From positions 1-64,000 of the IMG/VR virus record IMGVR_UViG_3300045738_001212: 64,000 bases of DNA, one strand, 5' to 3'. This document shows, in pieces, positions 43,994-54,889 of this stretch (positions are counted from its first letter, which is position 1; each line of letters starts with the position of its first letter). The notes beneath the pieces were generated by a model. That model saw nothing but the letters and a program-made list of their open reading frames with translations. It was not told the origin of the DNA and searched no databases. This DNA comes from a virus. The translations under genes were made by a program, and so were the position numbers.

Positions 43994-46900
43994 TTATTTA
44001 ACCAACAAGGCTACTTCCCCCCAATTTACCTTACAAGAACCCTGCACCATCTCATCGACAATGGTATGGCAGTCTCCTATCCCTTCGCATTCACAACCGC
44101 TTTGCTGGACTAGCTCCGCTGCGTATTCGATGTTATTAGCCTTCACGGCTATCGTGCCTTTCACGACCCAAGTAACAGGTACTTCGTATTTCATTTCGTT
44201 TGGCCTAATGTCTTTTATCCTTATCATTAATCTATATGTGGCGCACCTAGTAACGCCCAGCATATTCTAAACCCAAGGAAGCATATCACTATTATAACTA
44301 TATCACCAATCATGTTTATCCTTTCTTTTGTTGTTGTCTTCGTCCGTACTGATGCCATAAATCTCCGATTTTGCGTTTTGCCCATTCGCTCTTGCCAACT
44401 AGTTGTGTTGTAGTCCTCTTAGTCCTCTTTCGCTCGATAAACTCTTTAAACTCTTTAAGGCGTAGCCGCGATGGTACATTAGCATCACCGTTCTTGACGA
44501 TGTTAGCCATGCGATTGTACAGTTCGTCTAGTATCTCTTTATCAGTCATTTCATTATAGGAAGCATTGTTGTAATCCTCATTTTACCGTTTTTTTTGCTG
44601 AGTCCTTCTTTGTTGAGTGCTATGTTCCAAAATGGAACTAACCTCTTCCTCGGCAAGTTGTTTGGGTATGTGTTAGGTGTCGTAATCCTCTTGTCGTGTG
44701 TTGTGCGTGTCAGTGTCTTTTCTTGTTGTAATCCTCTCAAATCCATCGGGTTGGTATGTGCCGCAATCCTCATGTACTCAGGGAGCTTTTTTGTTGTAGT
44801 CCTCTCCCTTGTAATCTTCGGCGGTAACGCTCTTGTACGCAAGGTTATTCGCCTCTTCCCTGTGCAACAGGTCATACATCTTTGGACTCTCACTGGTGGC
44901 GCAGCCGCCAGCAAACAATAATATCAATATAATAATAACTTTCATTTTAATTTAGCTCGGCCTATGGCCTGAATCTGTCTCTTTAAGGTGTTTTCCCCAA
45001 GCTTCCATTTGCTGCTCTTCAGTTAATTCAAAGACGGCGGCGATCATTCGCCTCTCGTCACTCAAGCTCGACTTATCTTTAAAATACTCTTCTCTCCATT
45101 TTAGCCACTCTTCGTAGTTCATTTTCTCACTTGTGCTTTTGTTTTCCACCTGCGGTGAATTCATTTTTCCCCTCCACAATGTCTGGCCTCTCCCTTTCAA
45201 TCATGTCTATGATGTCTTGGCAACGGTCAAAGTATTGGTCTATGCTAAAAGTCGATGACCTTGGCGAATTGGGGCATCTATCGTAGATTGCTTGCAATAG
45301 TTCGTAATTTCTCATCGCTCTATCCTTTCAAAGTGCTTGTCTACAATGTCGAGTAAATCAACCTCTATTCCCCTGACGTACTCAAAATCAGCCATCGGCA
45401 AGTCGCTCAAAAGAGTAGCGAAATACTTTTCAACATCTTCGTGAATGTCTGCCTTAACGTCTAGTATTTTGTATCCCATTATGCGTCCTCCCCGTAAAAG
45501 ACTTTCCATTCGCTGTCGAATACCTCATTGTCGTAGTGGGCTAGACCCTCTTCTATCTTGTCCACCGCGAACTCGTACAGGTCTTTGTCGTCCCATGAGT
45601 CAACCATGTCTCGCGCCAACTTCTCCCTGTTCTCATCATTGTTGGTGATGAGTTGGCCTCCGTTTGGTAATTGTAGTTTCCACATATTGTTATCCTTTCT
45701 TAATTTAGTTCGTGTTGAAAACATTCTAGTTCCCCGCCATTTTTCATCTTGAGTACATAGATTCGGTGCTTACCCCTCCTGCCATGCTTATCAATTACCG
45801 TCCCGTATCCTGAGCATATGCCTTCGTCGGGGTCTTTCCAGTACACTTCGTCTCCAATTTCAAATACCATTAGTCTTCCTCCCTCATTACGTCATTCCTG
45901 TAATCTTGCATTTGGAAAACTGCCTCCATGACTGCATCATGGCATTTTTCATCGTCAGCTTCTAGTGCTTCAGCAGAATAATTTCTCGCTGTTTCCAATA
46001 GTATGCCCATTGCTTCTCTATTAGTCATAATTTTACCTTTCTTTTTTAAATAATTTTTTAATGCTGCTTCCGCCTCATAGAAGGTGGAACTATCCGTGTT
46101 GTTGTGCTTCATTCCTCCCTCATTAGATCATTTGAGTAGTCTTGCAGTTGATCAATCGCTTCGAGAATTTCTTCTTCTTCTTCGTAATCGTCTGCGTGAC
46201 GATTCGCTATCTTCAATACCAACTCCATTGCTTCTTTGTCGCTCATGCTTTTACCTTTCTTTTTGCGCTTCATTCTTCTCGCGCTTTTTTATATCTCTTT
46301 GGTTATATCTTGTCTGCGCTTCGGATGGCATATCTTTTTTGACTGCCGCGACTGCCGCTTCGCCTTCCTCATCTGTCGGCCAAGGGTAACCGCGCCCAAT
46401 TTTTCTTTTACTTTTTTTCTCCACCAAGGCGGGACTTTTGACAGGCGGCAAATCTCCCTCTTCGTAGGTATCAAAGCCCGATATGGCCTCCATATACTCC
46501 TGCTCCGTAAAAAGCTCTCTAATGCGCTTCTGGAGGGCATTAATGACCATCTGCTTCTCGTTCTTAAGGCAGTCGTACCAATCCTCGTACTCACTATTGG
46601 GAACTGCGAACGCTATATCCATTGCGTGATTGTATTTCTTTTCTTTCACTGTTTACCTTTCTTGTTGTTGTCTCCTAGTGTTTTAATCCTCTTATACTTA
46701 TGATCTGCTGTTATGTTTTAATCCTCTGTCTTCGCCTGTTAAAACCCATCGTATGTACTCATACATTAGCTTGCTAAAGCTGATGCCGTTACAACTTACT
46801 CGGCTTACTCGATTTTTAAAAAATTTAAATTCACCGTGCTTCATTATACATCCCACTCATTCATTGCCTCTTCCAACACTTGCTCAAAGCTTTTACTATG

Positions 46901-49104
46901 CGCGTTTGCTTCTGCTGCTGCGTTTAGCGCACTCCACATCACCTCCGCTTCAAGCCCCCAAGGACGAGCCGCTGCAAGAGCCTGTTCGACTAATTGAATC
47001 TTTGATGGCCTTGGGTTGGTTGAGTCTATGTCTTTGAGTTTCATGTTTATTCTGCCGCCCATCCTGCGAAAAGATAAAGGTCATCTCCATCTATGTCGCC
47101 GCATTTAGCGGCCCAAACTTTTTCCCACTTCTCGGTATTGTCCCACGCTTCTTCTTCCCAATCCGCGACACATTTTTTACACCATTCGTCCTCAGTCATA
47201 TCCTTAAAGTGCTTATCAATTTGCTTGAAACCGAAACCATTCCCTACGTTGACTGTAAACTTGACAGACCCTTCGCGCTCGCGAGCAAGAAGTCCCTCAA
47301 GCTCTTTAGTCCTATCCAAATAGCCGCTGGTAGTTGAAATGGTTCCGTTATAGCCATTACTCCCGTGCTGGCTCGTAGCGTAAGTTACAGCGGTGTCATA
47401 AGCTTCTCTCATCGTTTCTCCTACTGCTCTGTCTGATAGGTTATGCGCTCCCATTTTATTCTCTTTCTTCTAAGGGTTGACTGTTTTTAATTCTCTCCGC
47501 TTGTAGTTGTAGCCACAACTTTGCTTCTTCACCGGACTTGAAAGGCCCGAAATCATCTATGTACCAAGTGGTGTTGTCTTCAGCACTAGTGAACTTACTA
47601 AATGTAAGGTCGTCGGTACTCATTCTTTTGGTTCCAGCATCATTGCCATATCCTTAATCCACTTCATCGCTTCGTCTCTTGACTCGAAATTGGCAGGAAA
47701 GATATATTGTACCTCATTATCTCCCCACACCCATTGGCCCACCACCCACTTCTCTTTGCCATTGGGCCACTTGCCAAACTTGAATGCTTTAACATATTTT
47801 TCTAATACTTCCATAATGCTCCCTCCTTTAATCCTTCCATTAGGTGATCTTCCTTTACCCGCATCTGTTCAGTTGAATCATACTCATTCTCAAAATCATC
47901 TGACTCATTGACAACTTCCCAACTGTCCTTGTCCTTCTCATAGTAGATTGCTATGTTCTGGTGAAGGAATCCTCGTTGAAGGTAGCCCTCGAAATGTTCC
48001 ATGCCATCTGACCCAATATCGGCTAACTCTTTTAAGTGTTCGATAGATTTTACTTTTAATCCTCTCATAATTTATCCTTGCGCTAATAATACCATTGATT
48101 TAATCCATACCAGTCCAAACAATGAGGTAATGAGATATTGTGTGCGTAGTTTCATTTAATCCTCCTAGCTTTCACTTCAAGGATTTCGTACCCCATTGCC
48201 GCCGCTTGGTGTTTATAAGCCTCGTAGACTGCCTCTACGCTCCTAAACGCCCCCTTCGTTAACGTCCACAAGGGGTTGTCACACCTTACGGGTTCGCTAT
48301 ACTTAATGTGCATCCAATACTGTTTCATAATCTAATCCTCCATTTGTGATTTTGTTTTCCATTTTAGGAGAGGACAACAATTTTAATCTGCGGTTCGGAC
48401 AGGCCAACTTTCTTTTCTAGTTTGGCAAGACCCTTGCGATACTGTTCTTCGTCCATCCATGTGAAATGTGTAAACTCGGTCGGAATTTTTGATTTTGTTT
48501 TGTTTTCTAGTTTTGCTTTCATTTTGCACCTCCTATGACTACTGGAGGTCTTTCCCGAAATTCATCTATGTAAACGTCGAGTCCTTCTGAACAAAATTCG
48601 TGGACGTAACTCCAATCCATCTTGTCGTTTATGCGCCGTGCAGCCCACTCCCACTCTTCGTCTGTCCATTCAGACTTGCCAGTGTCCTCGTTAGGTTGAC
48701 CGTGGCCAAACATATCCTTTGTCCACCAAGCAATGACTATGCTTTCTTCTGGGTCTAGGTCGCTGAGATATTTAATTGCTTCTTTCGCTGTCACGCGGAT
48801 TTACCTTTCTTCTCTTGGGATTAAAAAAATTACCTTTCTTATCCCTGTGGGTTTATTACCTTGTTCGCCAAACCCGACTAGTCTCATCATTTACCTTGCG
48901 GATGGTGACGCCGAACTCGTCTAAGGTTTTGGACTGTTGATACTTTGCAGCGGAGTAACAGTTCCCTCTTAACTCCGAGTCAAACTCAAACGATTCTCCG
49001 ACTTGTAAAGCCGAAACCGCTTTCGCTATGCTGCTAGTATGTGTTTCTGGCATTGGTATGCCCCTCTGTACTTGGTACTTGTCTAGTTGTTTCATAACAT
49101 TCAT
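43994..49104 (-). other. long run of small hypothetical genes (43994-44194, 44316-44549, 44778-44945 lipoprotein unlisted, 45127-45315, 45312-45479, 45479-45724, 45870-46112, 46251-46649, 46844-47062, 47047-47454, 47620-47814, 47802-48068, 48519-48794, 48856-49104)
   Basis: tightly packed co-oriented ORFs with SD-like leaders. Confidence 0.65.
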
Positions 49105-49130
49105 AATAATTTTTTAAAATTTTAAGTTGT

Positions 49131-49174
49131 AGAGGACACCGAGAGAAGGAGGTAGAAGACTCTCGATGTCCTCT
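49131..49174 (-). terminator. 3' hairpin of rIIB-like gene with anti-SD loop UCUUCUACCUCCUU
   Basis: 15-bp stem with G-U on minus strand. Confidence 0.75.
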
Positions 49175-49185
49175 GTTGGGCAACC

Positions 49186-49971
49186 CTATTCTTGGGCTGA
49201 AATCTCTCCCGTCTCGTAATCGTACTCGCCTTCAAAGTAGGTATCTACCACTGGCTCATCCAAAGCCCTTGAGAACACTCCTACGACCTTGTAAGTAGTT
49301 GTCCTGAGTTTCTGACAATCGCAATCCTTCGGGACGCTCACAACGTCAGCGGGATCAATCTCAACTATCACAACATTACTTTGATCGCCACCGAAACTTT
49401 GTGCGTACTCCAAGCTACCCGCATGGAATCCATAAGAACAACCAATGTCGGAATCATCGCAAACAGCGTTGCGAGTCATGGAGTTTACGTCTCCGACCTT
49501 GTTGGAGAATTTACCAGAGTAATGGTCAGTCCAACTACGATTAACGCTCTTGTAGGCAAGGAACTTGCCGTCTGGCGTGAAGGGCATATTCTTGTGCTTC
49601 AAGAATGTGTACAACTCGTTTACCGAGCGGCGTGATGGGTTCACCATCAGACGGTCAAGGAAACGCATGAGTGGTTTGAAATTGCCCTGTATTTGAACGA
49701 GGTCAAGAATACGCTTTGCAATCACGTTGTCGATTTTCTCATCCTTATAACGTAGGATACCAGCGATAAAGTGAATGTTTCCTTCGGAGTGTTTGAGAAT
49801 TGTTGCGGGTATGTCCATAGCCCTGCGAACATTCTCCCAATCTTCCGCCGCAATCGCAGCGCGAGCGGCTTTCCAGTTTGGGTGGTCACTGTTTATCACA
49901 AACATACGATCATCTAGATGTACCGTGAGTGAGTCAGGGGTAAGCACATATTGTTTATCGGCCATTAACAT
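49186..49971 (-). CDS. rIIB: rIIB-like protein
   Basis: NPS...ELY.FL, TPDGKFLAYK, CSYGFH, IDPADVVSVP.D. Confidence 0.88.
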   Translation of the reverse strand: MLMADKQYVLTPDSLTVHLDDRMFVINSDHPNWKAARAAIAAEDWENVRRAMDIPATILKHSEGNIHFIAGILRYKDEKIDNVIAKRILDLVQIQGNFKPLMRFLDRLMVNPSRRSVNELYTFLKHKNMPFTPDGKFLAYKSVNRSWTDHYSGKFSNKVGDVNSMTRNAVCDDSDIGCSYGFHAGSLEYAQSFGGDQSNVVIVEIDPADVVSVPKDCDCQKLRTTTYKVVGVFSRALDEPVVDTYFEGEYDYETGEISAQE

Positions 49972-49974
49972 AAT

Positions 49975-50238
49975 TTAATCCTCCTTGATTTCCCAATTTT
50001 TGAGTTCTGGTTTTAGTTTAATATCGGTTCCAACTTTGCCGTCAAAACTGTCATACACGACCCAACCGATATGCTTTCTGTTTATCTCAGTTCCGTGAGC
50101 GAGAACCTCGCCAAAACTTTCGATATCAAAGTCGCTTGAATCCTTTTCGTTATTCCCCCATGCGAGTCCCACTAGAGTGCAATCATCTCCGATTGGCTTA
50201 GTGAAGCAAATCTCAGCGGTTGGGGGTTTAACTTTCAT
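49975..50238 (-). CDS. hypothetical protein, leaderless, co-transcribed with rIIB
   Basis: TTGACT-N17-TATACT-N8-ATG. Confidence 0.7.
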   Translation of the reverse strand: MKVKPPTAEICFTKPIGDDCTLVGLAWGNNEKDSSDFDIESFGEVLAHGTEINRKHIGWVVYDSFDGKVGTDIKLKPELKNWEIKED

Positions 50239-50308
50239 CTATAAGAAGTATAACTCTAATCCATTCTGAAGTCAAGGATTTTTTTTAACTTTCTGAGAGT
50301 CGTACTCG

Positions 50309-51085
50309 TCAGAACCCCAAGACGCTGAAGAACCCCTCACAATATGGATTTCTCTTCTTCTCTTCTTCCACGTACAACTTGGACAGATCATTGACAGAAA
50401 CCGAACTCTCTCCCCCGCATTGGAAAAGTGTTAGATTTTTATATCGCCGCATAAAATCTAAGATTCTTTCAAAGCCCCCTCTCTTTTGAGAAAGCCAAGG
50501 CGTATGAATCTCTACGTAGATTGGAACCTGCAAGTCTCCAGCGTTCTCGATGATGACATCCTCCATGCCTTCCACGTCAATTTTTAAAAAATTTAAATCG
50601 TTAATTCTTTCGCTCTCGATAAGGGAAGGTAAGGAAATTGATTCGGCCTCGAAAGAGTTTGCTTCGTCAGCGAAAAAAGCAGCAGTCCTACTTGAACCCA
50701 AGGCTGGACAAGTGTTCGGGCAACCTAGTTTAATGCTCTCAGAATCGCCTCCTAGAGCCTTTGGTAGCAGCTTGACATTTGATATGCCATTTATGTGGAT
50801 GTTCTTGCCTGTGATCCTCAGAGCTTCTGAATCCGGCTCAACTGCGTAAACTGTCTTCGCAAGTTCCGCTCCGTACAAAACAGTCTGCCCCAAGTGGACA
50901 CCCGCATCTATGTAAGAGTGATCCTTATCCAGAAAAGACTCTAACACTTTATAAGTATGGCTCTCCCAATCATCCCAAGCCCAGAAGTTTGGGATAGATG
51001 GAGTCTCGTTCTCGTAAACAAAAAAACGAACGCCCCTGCGTTTTACTTCTGTCAGGGAGTTCGTTCTGTATGGGTCTTCACTCAC
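50309..51085 (-). CDS. FkbM-family SAM methyltransferase (likely GTG start at 51085)
   Basis: IDAGVHLG, VYAVEP, LKIDVEG.E, VEIH. Confidence 0.88.
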   Translation of the reverse strand: MSEDPYRTNSLTEVKRRGVRFFVYENETPSIPNFWAWDDWESHTYKVLESFLDKDHSYIDAGVHLGQTVLYGAELAKTVYAVEPDSEALRITGKNIHINGISNVKLLPKALGGDSESIKLGCPNTCPALGSSRTAAFFADEANSFEAESISLPSLIESERINDLNFLKIDVEGMEDVIIENAGDLQVPIYVEIHTPWLSQKRGGFERILDFMRRYKNLTLFQCGGESSVSVNDLSKLYVEEEKKRNPYCEGFFSVLGF

Positions 51086-51617
51086 TTTTTCTTTTTGGTT
51101 TTCTTCGCCTCCTTGGCGGCTGTTTCGTACTTTATATTCTCTCGCAGTTCTGACTTGGGGCAGTATGCCCAACCATCGCTAAGTAAATTTCTTAATTGCT
51201 TAAATGATTCTTGGTACTTGCCTTCTGAGTCTGCCTCTTTGGCGATTTCTCTCATGGTGAACCATTGGTTTGGCAGCGGTGATATTTTGGTATACTTTTT
51301 TCCTTTTTTTAGTGTTTTCATAAAGCCTCTAAATACTCTAACTCCTTTTCTACGTCTTCTGGTTTAAGCCATCCCTTCACTTGGTCATGCCAAGCTTCAA
51401 TTTCCATCATCTTTTCACCGCCAGCATAGAACGCCCCCATTTCAAACAACCCTTTTTCGTGACCATAAGATGATCCATGCCTCACCACTGATACTTCAAT
51501 CCCATTGGAAAGAGCCGTGTACGCTTGGCAGGGATCAGCAAGCCATCCACCCTCTACCTTGTAGGACTTCCCGTATGCCTCGTCCATCGCTTCAAATTCT
51601 AGATTGTCAAATTTCAT
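51082..51617 (-). other. two small hypothetical genes (51082-51321, 51318-51617)
   Basis: coupled ORFs; SVVRH..SYG...GLFE motif in the second. Confidence 0.65.
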
Positions 51618-51651
51618 ATTTTTTTTAAAATTTTAATTGCGTCATCCAACT

Positions 51652-51733
51652 AAAAGAAGGAGACGGGGGAAGCAACCTACTCGCTCCCCCCGCCTCTAGA
51701 ATGCCCCACCGGAAACCTACTAACGATGAGGCA
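51652..51733 (-). terminator. tandem 3' hairpins of rIIA-like gene with AGUAGGUU loops; second is a terminator
   Basis: 10- and 14-bp stems with G-U pairs on minus strand, U-rich tail. Confidence 0.8.
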
Positions 51734-51739
51734 GATTGT

Positions 51740-53923
51740 TTACTCATCGCACTCATCCAACTTTTTCATATAGTCGCAGAGCGCATTTAAAGCGTCTTTC
51801 CCTTTGTCTTGACGCGCATTGTAGCTGCTAGTGTCAACATGAATTACCAGAGGATAATCCTTTTCCACTTCGTCTGCAAGCTTTTTTAAGGACGTATCCT
51901 GCTTGCCCTTTGCTTTAGGAATTTCAAATCCCCAATCTCTAGCGTTCATTCTGATCTGCTCCACCTTTGTACGAATCTCTTGAGATTCGCCGTACTGTCG
52001 CTGAACAGAAACGTAAGGATGCTCACTTCCGAGAAGTTTTTCAGCCAAATCTAACTCTTCAATTCTGTGATTCCATTCGTGGAGGAACCAGTCTCTTTTC
52101 CCTTCGCTAGATTGGGATGAAATACGATCCAGTTCGGAAAGATTTTCTTCTTCGACAACCTCCGAAAGGTTATCAGCTACCCACTCATGCAACTCCACCC
52201 AATTAGGATTGTCCTTGAGCTTCTTGGATTCTGCTTTTGTGAAACCGTGCAAGGTGTCGGGCATTTCGATTTTATGCTCTTTCAAATACTTTTCGACTCT
52301 CTCGTAAGGCTCGTCAAATTTAACAGGCTCGTCGTAGGGGTAGTCCTGTTCTGGACGCTGAACCTTGTAGCGGTTAATCACCACGTACACGCCTTCATCC
52401 TCATCCACGTCAACCTCTGCCGCCACCCAACGATCACGCCACTTGCCCCATCTGTATCCAGATTTATCCCAAGTGAATGTCTTGTGAGTAGTCCGACCAT
52501 ACGATACTCCGTTGCCAACCCTCTTCGGAGGTTTCGGTAAACCGTCCAAAGAAATCGTTTCCACGTCGAAACCCATCTCTTTGCAAATTTGCTTTTCGGT
52601 TTTGGGTTTGTCGCCGCCGTTAGTCACGCTGAGTACCTTGTCAAAAGTGACGAGGTAAACTTTACGCCCCTCTTCCTCCTGTTGCAGGGTAACGATCTTA
52701 CCCAACGCAAGACGGAAATGTCCAACGTCATTCTTTACCACTACAACTTTGTCGCGGCATTCTATATTGGTTGTCTCCCTAAAGCGTAAATTACCAGCGC
52801 GAGTTTTCTTTAGACAACGAATGTTTACGTTGTTGTACTTGTAGAAGTTGTACTTACCATCATCAATCTTCTTACCGTTGAACGTGATGTTCTCCCGCGC
52901 CCAAGTTGACAACTCGTAGAGACTGCTACCATAGTCGCAAATCTCACCGAGCAAACTCTTGGCGTCAAACATGGTGTTGCAACCGTTGAATTTTTTCTCG
53001 ACTTCATCCTTCAACTCCTTGCTCACTTTTTTGATTTTAGTGATGAGAGCTTTCTTGGTGATGTCGGTAAGTTCAAGAGCTTCACGACTTGCCGTGATGT
53101 TCAACTCACCAATTTCAAACTCTAGAATAAGATGATCGTTTACGATTGACCTTGCTGGATCATCCCTGTCCAAATCCAAGTCATAAGCATCCCACTCGTA
53201 AGGAATCCCGCCCATGACCGCAACAGGATTGTTACCGCTCTCTTTAAGATACTTCCAATCGCTACCCTCAAACAGCGTCTCAACCTTAAGCCCATCAAGT
53301 TCGTGGTCTTCAAGACCATGAATAACTGGCTTCACCTTGAAATGTTTGAACAGGTTAATCGACTTACTGATAAACTTATCTATGTCTGCCTCTCTGACGG
53401 GAATGATAATCTCCAAACCGTCCTTCTCATCAGTTGGGCTTGCGACGAGCTTGGCAATCTGTCCGATTTTGGTTTCATCAATATAAGCGGTGTAACTATG
53501 CCTCTCACCGTCAATGTAAGAATTGATTACAAAACTGTCACCGTAAGCAAATCCTGACTTGGAACCGAGTCCGAGCATACCAATCTGTGCATTGGAATTG
53601 CGCTTCGTTGACTCCCCATACATCGCGTAAACTTCCGCAATCTCTTCCTCGTTAAGTGCGGGGCCAAAATCACGGACAATAAAAGACGGATCAAAAACGC
53701 TAGGCATGGTGACTTCAATCGGTAAGTCTTCTTTCCCTACTTCCCTGTTAGCGTCGATGGCGTTCGCCGTGTACTCTCTAACTACTGCTAAGATTTTGTC
53801 AGAGTAAAGTTGGTTGCGGAGAACATTTAGAATGTGAGCGAGTCCAGTTTGTTTGATTCCAAAGGAGACGGCCTTGGTTATGCCTTGGCTCTGGATTTCG
53901 ATGGGGTCTTCAAGAATTTTCAT
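51740..53923 (-). CDS. rIIA: rIIA-like protein (GHKL ATPase N-terminal domain)
   Basis: LYSDKILAVVREY..NA.DA, VRDFG, YGESTK, GMLGLGSKS.FAY. Confidence 0.9.
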   Translation of the reverse strand: MKILEDPIEIQSQGITKAVSFGIKQTGLAHILNVLRNQLYSDKILAVVREYTANAIDANREVGKEDLPIEVTMPSVFDPSFIVRDFGPALNEEEIAEVYAMYGESTKRNSNAQIGMLGLGSKSGFAYGDSFVINSYIDGERHSYTAYIDETKIGQIAKLVASPTDEKDGLEIIIPVREADIDKFISKSINLFKHFKVKPVIHGLEDHELDGLKVETLFEGSDWKYLKESGNNPVAVMGGIPYEWDAYDLDLDRDDPARSIVNDHLILEFEIGELNITASREALELTDITKKALITKIKKVSKELKDEVEKKFNGCNTMFDAKSLLGEICDYGSSLYELSTWARENITFNGKKIDDGKYNFYKYNNVNIRCLKKTRAGNLRFRETTNIECRDKVVVVKNDVGHFRLALGKIVTLQQEEEGRKVYLVTFDKVLSVTNGGDKPKTEKQICKEMGFDVETISLDGLPKPPKRVGNGVSYGRTTHKTFTWDKSGYRWGKWRDRWVAAEVDVDEDEGVYVVINRYKVQRPEQDYPYDEPVKFDEPYERVEKYLKEHKIEMPDTLHGFTKAESKKLKDNPNWVELHEWVADNLSEVVEEENLSELDRISSQSSEGKRDWFLHEWNHRIEELDLAEKLLGSEHPYVSVQRQYGESQEIRTKVEQIRMNARDWGFEIPKAKGKQDTSLKKLADEVEKDYPLVIHVDTSSYNARQDKGKDALNALCDYMKKLDECDE

Positions 53924-54053
53924 AGGTTTCAGTTTCTTTTGTTGGTAGGTTAATCTCTAATGCTATTAAGAGTATACTCTCGTTCTCTTTTCGAGTCAAG
54001 AGTTTTTTTTCATTTTAAAGTTTTTATGAGTGTTCATAAGTGTAATTCTTTGT

Positions 54054-54383
54054 ATGCACACCATTGAAGACCTTCATTTGCTACTGCAAAGCCTACGAGA
54101 GGAAGCGATGGAGAACGGGTTTGAGTTGAATGTAGAACATACAGCAGACGATAATCTATTCGTGATTGCTAACCTTAAAACCGAAAAGGTTGCTTGCCTT
54201 GCCCTCACTGAAATTAGTGGTACGGATGTAATAGTATCTTATATGATTTCCCTGCGTAAATGGAAATGGTATGATGATGAAGGCTTTAGTAGGGAACAAG
54301 TAGTCGATAAAAGGGACATCAGAGAAGACATCTTTAATTTCATCCCCGCTGATAAAATTATAAAACACCTAAAAGAAAAATGA
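54054..54383 (+). CDS. hypothetical protein (start corrected)
   Basis: AAGTGTAAT motif 7 nt upstream. Confidence 0.65.
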   Translation: MHTIEDLHLLLQSLREEAMENGFELNVEHTADDNLFVIANLKTEKVACLALTEISGTDVIVSYMISLRKWKWYDDEGFSREQVVDKRDIREDIFNFIPADKIIKHLKEK

Positions 54384-54889
54384 TCGAGGCGAAAAATATC
54401 AAAACCAGAACCAACCTAGCTCAATTTGTAGGGAAAATAGGTGCTGAACTGGGAGTCCAAACAGGCAACTTTTCCCGACACCTCATTCGACACTCAAGCT
54501 GCGATAAGTTTTACTCGATAGATAAATGGAGCGGAGACAGAGGTCATGACGGAACAGAGTACGCAGCGACAGTAAGTAACCTCAAAAAGTTCGGAGGGAG
54601 AAGCAAAATTATAAGATCATCTTTTTCTGACGCTCTCCCCATGTTTAAAAACGAATACTTCGATTTTGTCTACATAGATGGATATGCTCACACAGGGCAA
54701 GAGGGAGGAGAAACAATAAACTCATGGTGGAGGAAGGTGAAGTCAGGAGGTTGCTTCGCGGGGCATGACTACCACCCTCAATTTCCATTAACCTGCAAGC
54801 ACGTTGATGAATTTGTAAAAAATCATTCTCTTGAACTTCACCTTACTAAAGAAAAATACTATCCTTCTTGGTTCGTCTTCAAGCCCTGA
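54380..54889 (+). CDS. class I SAM methyltransferase (Methyltransf_24-like)
   Basis: AELGVQTG, IDKW, DFVYIDG, VKSGG.FAGHDY. Confidence 0.88.
   Translation: MIEAKNIKTRTNLAQFVGKIGAELGVQTGNFSRHLIRHSSCDKFYSIDKWSGDRGHDGTEYAATVSNLKKFGGRSKIIRSSFSDALPMFKNEYFDFVYIDGYAHTGQEGGETINSWWRKVKSGGCFAGHDYHPQFPLTCKHVDEFVKNHSLELHLTKEKYYPSWFVFKP

Larger units (their letters stand above)
28477..50267. promoter_or_regulatory. set of about 20 host-sigma70 early promoters (TTGAC-N17-TANNNT) with ATG 6-8 nt after the -10 box (leaderless)
   Basis: starts at 28512(+), 28767(+), and minus-strand 30310, 30597, 31064, 31997, 32323, 32577, 32824, 33132, 33431, 36577, 37085, 37603, 39098, 39597, 39968, 41372, 41915, 50238. 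Confidence 0.88.
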
